This document shows, in pieces, positions 53,281 to 64,000 of a stretch of 64,000 nt of DNA. The notes beneath the pieces were generated by a model, which saw nothing but the letters and a program-made list of their open reading frames with translations, searched no databases and had not been told where the DNA came from. Position 1 is the stretch's first letter, and each line of letters opens with the position of its first letter. Source of the DNA: the human T2T-CHM13v2.0 reference genome, Homo sapiens; the NCBI RefSeq assembly GCF_009914755.1, contig NC_060926.1; one strand, given 5' to 3'. The position numbers and the translations under genes are program-made.

Positions 53281-56108
53281 TGTCATGAACCAATGAAAAG
53301 CAGACAAGATTTATCAGTTCACCTTTGGGGGAAGGTGAGCCACATAAACATAACCTTCATGATTAGATGAAGCAGTTGCTTTGTGATTCTTTTCATGGTA
53401 CCTATGAAGTGGATAGAAAAAATGATTTGAAATTACCTTGTTTTTCAAAGGGAATATAGTTGGCTTTCTCACATAGTAAGCAGAGCATCATTAGAAGCTT
53501 GGGGTCCATTCTCCCTGCCTGCTTCTTATATTTAAAGTATATTGTCAACCAGTATCCATTTTCCTAATATTAGTTCCTCTGTTTGGGCTTCCCCATCTCT
53601 TTCTACTTCTACCGCATCAGAAGTCTTCATTCTCTTGTCATTGCTCTGCCATTTGCATCATATTCGCAATAGGGTTAGGTACTGCCCTGTGGATAGATTG
53701 AAAACTCTTTGGCGAAAAGGTTGGAACTCCTGAATATTTAGCGCACTGCCTGATACATGGTGGGATCTTGCATTCGTTAAATTGGTGTTGGATGTGACAT
53801 ACCACTCAGTAGATTTAAGGGAAGGCTAAGGCACAAAAGAATATTTTATTCTGAGATCAATCTGATTGGTTACACAAGCCAAAGCATTCAAGTGTAACTG
53901 GTGTGTGTGGGTGTGGGTGTGTGTGTACATGCACATGCTTTAACTCACAGGCTTTTTGTTGACTGGTTTGAGGTACATGTGTGCTAGAGTGCATGGTTAT
54001 AAGCTTCAATTCTGGTACCCATCGACCTGGGTTTGAATCCTCACACACTGTGTGGCTTTTGGGGGAATCATTATATAATCTCTCTGTTTCATTCTTTTTA
54101 TCTGTAAAAAGAACAAAAATAAAACCTCATTATTGTGAAAATTAAATTGACTTCCACCAGTAGAGTAGCTAGAACAGTGCCTGGATCACAGCAAATACTC
54201 AATAAATTTAAGTTTGTATTATTATGAATGAACTCTGGCTTAGAGTATTCATTCATCTGAGTGTATAGACACAGAATCCAACAGCTCTTCTCTACTACAC
54301 AAGGTGCACTTCATATTTTTCTTGATTGTTTTGCCTGAGAGGTTCAGCTGCTCGATTCTCCATACAAAATCACCATCCTGTGGGGCTGGGCAGCAGGTGG
54401 CATGCTCATAAAAGCCTATCATGGTGTGTCACCACCACGGCAAGTCACAGATGGCGTCCTGAGACACCGTGATGCAAACCAGCAAGAGGAGACTGAGATA
54501 TCCATCAAGCTTCCGTGAAGAATCACAGAGCTCCTCATTTATGTGCTTGTCAACATTTTATCCACGTTTATTACCTTCGTGAGCATTTATTTTTCCTTAT
54601 CAAGTCCCAATGGTAGATTTTCAGTCTCTATAGTTATGGACATAAACTTTCACATTTTCACCAATTTCCTTCCCCATCAGCCCTCATCTGATCTGTATTT
54701 GTATCCTCTTGCTTGTGTGAGAAACAGAGCTTGCTCACAAGTGTCGAATGGATGAAACGTTTCTCATGGTAAGGCAAGTTTGTATGTCCTCTGAAGTCTC
54801 CTGCAAGGCACCTCCTGACCTCCACGCACTTCATTCATAGAGCTTTGAAATTTGTTCAACTTGCTAGCAAGTCGGAGAGTATTTACAGAGCAGGGATGAG
54901 TCAAATGGGGAACATGAACAGATGGAGAAGAGCCAGTTGTTATGCTTCAAGTATGTTTCCCACATTGGAATGTGTCAAAGCCTGGCGGTATACACTGCAT
55001 GCGAGTCACCCACATAGTATAAAACTGATTTAATTTACTACCAAACGCCTTCATTTTGCCATTACGTAATCATAAATGTGCCCCCAAAGAGGCAGTGTTA
55101 GAACATAAGCCAGGGCAAAGAGCCAACCAGACATGAGATCTAGTCCTAGTTATACAACCTCATTCATGTTCCTACAAATCCTCAGTGGCCTTTCGGATCT
55201 GTGGCAGGACATACCTTGACACCACTCTGGTCTGTTGACTTGTCTTTCATTTACCTACCTGGTGAGCTGTGCGGTTTAGCAGCTAGATTCCTGGGCATGC
55301 TGGAGAGATACTGGAGAACTGACACTGGTGCCTTGAGATGTCGTGGCAACTGTCAGCTCCACCCGCCCCCACATCCTGTCTACTCTCTAGTGAAATTGCT
55401 GCTCTAAAAAAAGACCTCAGAGCAGCTTGAGAAGGGCCTGGAGAGGACGGCCCTCCTCACATTTCCCCCCAAGGTCTTGCTGTTAAATCTCCCACAAGCT
55501 CTAAGAGCAAATTGTCAGTGATCCACTTACCCAGCCCTAAACACCTCAGCCACGTCTACCCAGATGAAGGAAATTGCTTTCAGGGATAGATGCATCTCAA
55601 GAAAGTTGGCTATAAAATGGATTTTTATAAAGAGAATTCCATTTTCTCCTGGCTTCCATTACAAAATTGGAAAATTTGTCACACTGGAGGAAAGAATCCT
55701 CTCAGGAGACAAAAATGAACATTTGGGATGAGAAATTAATGTAAAGCCATAGCAATGACACGTCTCTCATTGGAACGCACCAGTGCCTGCTGGGAACCAC
55801 CTCATGGTTCACTTTCCCTTTGAATCATTTCCAGTGTTTTGTGGAAGCGTTGGAACTCATGAACCTAATACACACTGTCAGTCCTTTCCCTCCGCCACCC
55901 AAGACTTAGAATTTTCTCCATGAGCAAAGGTTCTATTTCCATGTTCTTGCACCTCACAAAACTTGCTACTGCTCACTCGTATTAGTTTGAATATGGCTTT
56001 AGGCTGCAACATAACATTTTATTCTTTCATTCACTTATTTATACCCCACTTTATTCCTATAAATGATTTGATGTGGCTTAAAGGAATAAACGAGATAAGA
56101 TGGTGTAT

Positions 56109-56213
56109 TTGCATTTCAGATTCAATTCTACTTGTTTCATCTTTACTTGCATTTCAGATTCAATTCTACTTGTTTCATCTTTACTTGCATTTCAGATTTA
56201 ATTCTACTTGTTT
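56109..56213. repeat. Tandem repeat, 38-bp unit, about 2.8 copies
   Basis: TTGCATTTCAGATTCAATTCTACTTGTTTCATCTTTAC at 56109 and 56147 (identical); 29-bp partial copy at 56185 with one mismatch. Confidence 0.97.
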
Positions 56214-58123
56214 GCCCTAATTAAGTCAATTTTGACATTTTAATGTCATGAGCCGTAGCATTAAATAATAAATATTAATCTATTGGAGCTGAAAGAGTCT
56301 GATAGGTCATCTGGGCTACCTCCCACCCAGTACAGCTTCCACCATAGCCTGTCCAGTGAAATGCAGTGGTCTTTCTACCTTGGCTCTATAACAGATCATA
56401 AGAAACTGCACAAAACTTTTCTCATCATGTGGCTCATGAGACACCCTAGTTTAAGATCTGAAGCTTGGTGAGTTTCCCAGTAGGTGAAGAAGAAAAGTTC
56501 TATTCCATCTGGAAAGACTCTGTCACCAGTTACCCAGATAATTTCCCACTACCAGGGCATAAAGAGAGTTTATTCTCTCAGTAGCAATACCTGGGGCATT
56601 TCTAGCTTTTTCTCCTTTTTAAGGTTCCTGGAAAAGCAGAAGCCTTTGCTCTCTGAACCCTGGCTTTATGCCACCTCCTCACTTCTAGATGAAAACTGCT
56701 CATTTCATTGTCAGCCACACTTGATTCAGTGGAATTTCCCAAACTTTGTCCACAGAATCTTCCTGCCTCAAACTTCCCATTTGGGGGTCTGTTCCCTGGG
56801 TTATTTCTGCTTTAAAGACTGTATAATTGTGAATAAGACACTAGGTCCTTCTCTTACATCCACAAGGGGTTATTCTGGCTTTCCCCTGGGAGCGTTGGGA
56901 GGATGTGGGCAGAGACATTGAGCTGACAGCTTAGCTGCCCAGCTGAGTGCCAGAGACTTCTGATCTCTCTCTCTCTCTACCTATTCTGTGTGGGTCAAGG
57001 GCACCTTCTTCTGCCAATGGCACACAATCCCTCAGAACTGTGAAAAGTGCCACCTGTCGCATTGTTCCAGCATCACAGGGAACATCCACATAATGCAAAG
57101 TTGGTGTGTCAGTCTGCATTCACTAGACTATGCTGCTGGAACCCCCAAACCTCAGTGACTTACAGCACAAAGGCACTGGGACTTATAGCATGGCCCGTCT
57201 GCAGCCCAACTTTCCCCCTCACAACTGCTGGGGATCCAGGCTGATAAGGATCCCTTGGCTGGTACATGCCATTGTCATGACAGAGGCAAAGAGCAGTGTC
57301 CAAACCTCATGATAGCTCTCCTAGTATCTGTTCACAGTGGCGTATGTCACTGTTACGTTCTAGTGGCCAAAGCACATCATATATGGCCCTGTCTGATGTC
57401 AAAGGGGTGGGGACGAACACTACAGCTTAGCGAAGGACAGATACTACTCTATCCAGCAAAGGAGAGATGTATAATCCTTTTGCAGTGAGTGAGGTGAATT
57501 GGGACCAATAAAGCAATCAACCTCAGTTGATGACATTATAGTTTGGGGAAGACTCCCATAGAGGAGCTAACTTGTTTACACCAATTATAACCTATCATAG
57601 AGTTTCACTGTCCAGATGTGGGGGGCATCAGCTCACTGCCGTTTCTTCCAGAAGCACTGAGTGTCCTCCATAGATTTTCCTGTCCCTTCGTCATGCCACC
57701 CCCTTCACTGTCTGCCTCACCATCCACACACACTCACATAGCACCTGGGTTCGCTTTTTTCTGCTCTCCCAAATTTCCTACCTCCCCTTCTTTTCCATGC
57801 TGTTATCCTTCCCAAAGCCTCCTCTAGTGCCTAGAGGTGTGATACACAGATGTCCTTGCCTGCTCCCATTTCCCTTGCTGGATGAGGTAAGGGGAGGCCT
57901 CAAGTCCTTATGGTGAGGGAAGGATGGCAAGACATAGCATGGTCTTGACTGCAGGAGGCAGCTTGCTTTCATTTGCTCTCGCTCTGAATTTCTTCAGTTA
58001 TGATCACATATTTAACATAAATCAGACATCTCACACTAAAAGAGTTTACCTTCTGCCAATGGACTTCCCTGAGTTTACAGGTGAGACTCATATTCTCCCT
58101 GCTAGCAAAGCTTCTGTTCCTTC

Positions 58124-58440
<317 letters not shown>

Positions 58441-58544
58441 TAAGATGTTATCTGTCTCTTTCACCACCTTTGGTTATGTATGCATTGCTTTCCTATTAAC
58501 TTGTCTCTGGAAGACATGCCCAGTGGTTGCACTTTTAAGATTTA

Positions 58545-58546
<2 letters not shown>

Positions 58547-58598
<52 letters not shown>

Positions 58599-58600
58599 TG
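58547..58600. repeat. (TG)n microsatellite, about 22 perfect units plus an interrupted tail
   Basis: Read directly from the sequence. Confidence 0.97.
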
Positions 58601-58716
58601 TTCCAGTTTTTGTTTATTTGTTTTGCCTGGACTGCAGTGGATAAGTAAATTCATTTCTGCCACTCAGTCATATGGGAGCCCTGCGCAGGGTATCATCCAC
58701 ATCTGTTGAACTGTCT

Positions 58717-58741
58717 CACCACCACCACCACCACCACCACC
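58717..58741. repeat. (CAC)8 trinucleotide repeat
   Basis: Read directly from the sequence. Confidence 0.95.
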
Positions 58742-59036
58742 TTCCTCCTCTCTTCCAAAAGTGCCATTATTTCTTTATAACTCTCAGGACCATCCTCCTG
58801 CCCAGAAGATGCTCAGTACAGATGAGCATTTTCAATCTTATGTCCAAGTGTGCTTCTCCCGGCATTGCACTGTTCCTTATTGTTGGTGCACAATTTCATA
58901 ATTCTGTTTAAGCCCCCATATAATGTAGAGAAATAGCTCAGGGTTGTTGCCACACAATGACACTTTGAGATCATCCCCAAAACAATGCTTCTATGCACCA
59001 GGACCTTCATGGTTCCCTTTACCAAACTGTCTTGTC

Positions 59037-59795
<759 letters not shown>

Positions 59796-61224
59796 AAACA
59801 GTGCAAGCTTTCTATAGTTACATAAAGAACTCCAGTTTGAACACTGCATACCCCACCCAGTCTCCTCTGATGGATCAGACAAGGAGCTCCTCTCCCCCAA
59901 GCCTATGACTCACAGAATATTCTGGCAAGAGGGGACCTTACCACTGGCCCAGTTCAAGACCCTAGTGCCATTTAGGTATGCAGTTGTCTTGGTTTCCACC
60001 CAGAAAGGTTATGACCTTTGACCCTCATGATGTTTGCATTCCCGCCCCGGTGCCTAATCCTGCTGTTTGGGACAAAGGATGCTAACCTATAAATTGCTAG
60101 TTTCTTTCTTCCAAAGTATGGCCAACCATTGAAATCATATAAAGCCAACCACCTCATGAAAGAACACACATTGAGAGAGGGCTGTTTAAACAAATGTTCA
60201 GTGAGCTCCCGCCTCATAGAACCATGGAGTGGAATGAAGACCAGTCTTCTAGACAGAACAATTGATTCCAACCCCTTCATTTTATAGAGGAAGAAACAGA
60301 AATCCAGAAAGTCAAGAAAAACTTGCTTGCCAGGCTGGTGAATGACAGGAAGTAGATTTCTTATCTCTTAAAGCTTTGCCATGTCCTGCCTTGAACTAAG
60401 CACAGTAATTTTTTTTAGGAGACAACAAACTCACAAGGAGATATGTTTTATTTTTATTGCTGCATAATATTTGTCCGTATTTATGGGTACATGTGATATT
60501 TTGTTACATGCATAGAATGTGTAATGATCAAGTCAGAGTACTTAGGGTATCCAGCACCTGTATTTATCATTTCTGTGTGTTGGAAACATTTCGAGTCCTC
60601 TCTTCTAGTTATTTTGAAATACACAATACACTGTTGTTAACTATAGTCACCCTACTCTACTATCAAACATTGGAACTTTTCTAACTATACATTTGTATCC
60701 ATTAACTAACCTCTCTTCATAACCCTTAGCCCACCTATATATATTTCCTAGCATCTGATATCTATCATTCTACTTTCCACCTCCATGAAATCAACTTTTT
60801 TAGTTCCCACATATGAGTGAGAACATGTGATATTTGTCTTTCTGTGCCTGCCATATTTCACTTAACATAATGACCTCCAGTTCCATCCATGTTGCTGCAG
60901 ATGACAGAATTTCATTTTCTACAGCTGAATAGTATTCCATTGCACATATATACCACATTTTTAATCCATTCAGCCATTAATGGATACTTGGGTTGATTCC
61001 ATATCTTTCCTTTCCTTTGGATAAATACCCAGTAGTGGGATTGTTGGATTATATGATAGTTCTATTTTTAGTTTTTTGAGAACTCTCCATACTGTTTTCC
61101 ATAGTGGCTGTACTAATTTATATTGCCACCAACAGTGTGTAAGAATTCCCTTTTATCCACATCCTTCATCTGTTACTTTTTATCTTTTTAATAATTTGCA
61201 TTCTAACTAACTGAAGTAAGATGA

Positions 61225-61655
<431 letters not shown>

Positions 61656-63100
61656 TTTCTATGTCTTTTTTTTTTTTTTTTTTTTTTTTTGAGAAATGTC
61701 TATTCACATCCTTTGCCCACTTTTTAATGGGATTATTTATTTTTATACTGTTGAGTTGTTTGAGTTCCTTGTATATTCTGGATATTAGTCCCTTGTCAGA
61801 TGAATAGTTTGCAAATATTTTCTCCCATTCAACAGGTTGTCTCTTTACTCTGTTTTGTTTCCTTTGTTGTGCAGAAGCTTTTTAGTTTATTGTGGTCCTA
61901 GGTGTCTATGTTTGTTTTTGTTGGCTATGCTTTTGAAGTCTTAGCCATAAAATCTTTGCCTAGATCAATGTCCTGAAGTGTTTCCCCTATGTTTTCTTCT
62001 AGTAGTTTTATAGTTTTAGGTCTTACATTTAAGTCTTTAATCCACCTTGAGTTGATTTTTGTATATGGTGAGAGACAGGGGTCCAGTTTAATTGTTCTGC
62101 ATATGGATATCCAATTTTCCCAGCATCATTTATTTAAGAAGATATCCTTTCCCCAGTTTATGTTCTTGGCATCTTTGTTGAAAATCGTTTTGCTGTACAT
62201 GCATAGATTTATCTCTATGTTCTCTATTCTGTTCCATTGGTGTATGTGACTATTTTTATAGCAATACCACGCTGTGTTGCCTCCTCTACCCTTGCAATGT
62301 ATCAGGTAGTGTGATGCCTCCAGCTTTGCTCTTTTTGTTCAGAATTGCTTTGGCTATTTGGGCTTCATTTTGGTTCCTTACAAACTTTAGGATTATTTTT
62401 TCTATTTCTGTGATAAATAACATTGGTATTTTGAAAGGGATTGTATCGAATCTGTAGATTGCTTTGTAGTGGTCATTTTAACAATATTAATTCTTCTAAT
62501 CTATAAACATGGAATGAGATACACGGAATGTCTTTTCATTTGTATGTGTCACCCTTAATTTCTTTCATTAGTGTTTTGTAGTTTTCCTTGCAGAGATCTT
62601 TTACTTCCTTGGTTAAATTTAGTCCTAGGTATTTTATTTTATTTTTTGTAGCTATTGTAAATAGGATTGCCTTGTTGATTTGTTTCTCAGTTAGTTCATT
62701 TATTCATGTATAGAAATGCTATTGATTTTTGTATTTTGATTTTGTATCCTGCAACGTTACTGAATGTATCTATCAGATCTAAGAGCTTTTTGGTGGAGTC
62801 TCTAAGTTTCTTTAGATATAAGATCATGTCATCTGCAAAGAGGGATAATTTGACTTCTTATTTTTCAATTTGGACACCTTTTATTTCTTTCCCTTATCTG
62901 ATTGCTCTGGCTAGGACTTCAGGAACTACATTGAATAAGTGTGGTGAAAGTGGACATTCGTCTCTTGTTCTAGTTCTTGGATAAAAGGCTTTTGACTTTT
63001 CCCCATGATATTAGCTGTCGTTTTGCCATATATGGCCTTTATTGTGTTGAAAATGTTCCTTCTATGCCTAGTTTGTTGAGAGTTTTTATCATGAAGGGAG

Positions 63101-63465
63101 TGTATTAGTCCCTTCTCATGCTGCTGTGAAGAAATACCCAAGACTAAGTAATTTATAAAGAAAAGAGGCTTAATTGACTCCTGGTTGTGCATGGCTGGGG
63201 AGACCTCAGGAAACTTACAATCATGGCAGAAGGCACCTCTTCACAGGGCAGCAGGAGAGAGAATGAGTGCAAGCAGGGGAAATGCCAGACACTTATAAAA
63301 GCATCAGCTCTCGTGAGAACTCACTCACTATCATGAGAACAGCATGAGGGCAACTGCCCCTCCAATCCAATTATCTCCCACTGGGTCCCTCCCATGACAC
63401 GTGGGGATTATGGGATTACAACTCAAGATGAGATTAGGGTAAGGACACAAAGCCAAACCATATCA
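63101..63465 (-). mobile_element. THE1 (THE1C/D-like) solo LTR nested in L1 ORF2
   Basis: TGTATTAGTCCCTTCTCATGCTGCT...AGCCAAACCATATCA; L1 sequence resumes on both sides. Confidence 0.92.
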
Positions 63466-64000
63466 GAGACGGATGTTAAATTTTATCCATTTTTTGGGGC
63501 ATCTATTGAGATGATCATATGGTTTGTGGCCTTCATCCTATTGATGTGATATATCACATTTATTGATTTGCATATGTTAACCCATCTTTGTATCTCTGGG
63601 ATAAGTCCCACATGATCATGGTATGTTATCTTTTTGATATGCTGTTGGATTTGATTTGCTGGTATTGTGTTGATGGTTTTTGCATCATATTCACCAGGGA
63701 TATTGGTCTGTAGTTTTGTTGTTGTTGTTGTTACATCTTTGTCTGGTTTTGGTATCAGGGTAATGCTGGCCTCATAAAATGAGCTAGGGAGAATTCCCTC
63801 CTCTTCAATTTTTTGAAATAGTTTGAGGAGAATTGGTGTTAGTTTGGTAGAGTTTGGCGGTGAAGCCATCCAGTCCTGGGCTTTTCTTGGTTGGGAGAGA
63901 CTTTTCATTATGAATTCAATCTCATTACTCATTACTGGCCTGTTCACATTTTCTATTTCAATCATGGTAGGTTGTACGTGTCCAGGAATTTATGCACTTC

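Noticed and set aside
56109-56213. CRISPR-like appearance of the ~38-bp repeats
   Set aside because: Units are directly adjacent with no unique spacers, there are no cas genes, and the context is mammalian.
58672-58911. ORF with a poly-His run
   Set aside because: Translation of a (CAC)8 microsatellite, with no splice or coding context.
63483-63965. 160-aa ORF resembling reverse transcriptase
   Set aside because: Frameshifted fragment of L1 ORF2 in an old L1MA that is interrupted by THE1 and Alu; not a functional gene.

Overview
Primate (human-like) genomic DNA, not microbial: it is rich in Alu, L1, MIR, MaLR/ERVL LTR and MER DNA-transposon relics. The only protein-coding sequence I can support is the terminal exon of PARD3B on the + strand. 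Its acceptor AG is at 9770-9771, the coding part is 9772-10129 (ending ...GPFRQDVPPSPP...QKNPMTAAV*), and a ~4.3 kb 3'UTR runs to a poly(A) signal at 14453. Bases 1-9771 are most likely the last intron. The rest is intergenic; from recall of human 2q33 it lies between PARD3B and NRP2, whose start is not visible here. Almost all other listed ORFs are spurious or repeat-derived. I found no new multi-gene system. The most notable unexplained structures are: a tail-to-tail pair of ancient SINE tails forming a ~185 bp imperfect hairpin with homeobox and octamer motifs (51231-51415); a palindromic bidirectional poly(A) signal; a fully open alternative frame across the last exon; a perfect 17-bp-stem hairpin in an MLT2 LTR; a trimeric Alu; and a 38-bp tandem repeat. 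Repeat subfamily names come from recalled consensus sequences and their boundaries are approximate unless a target-site duplication (TSD) is given.
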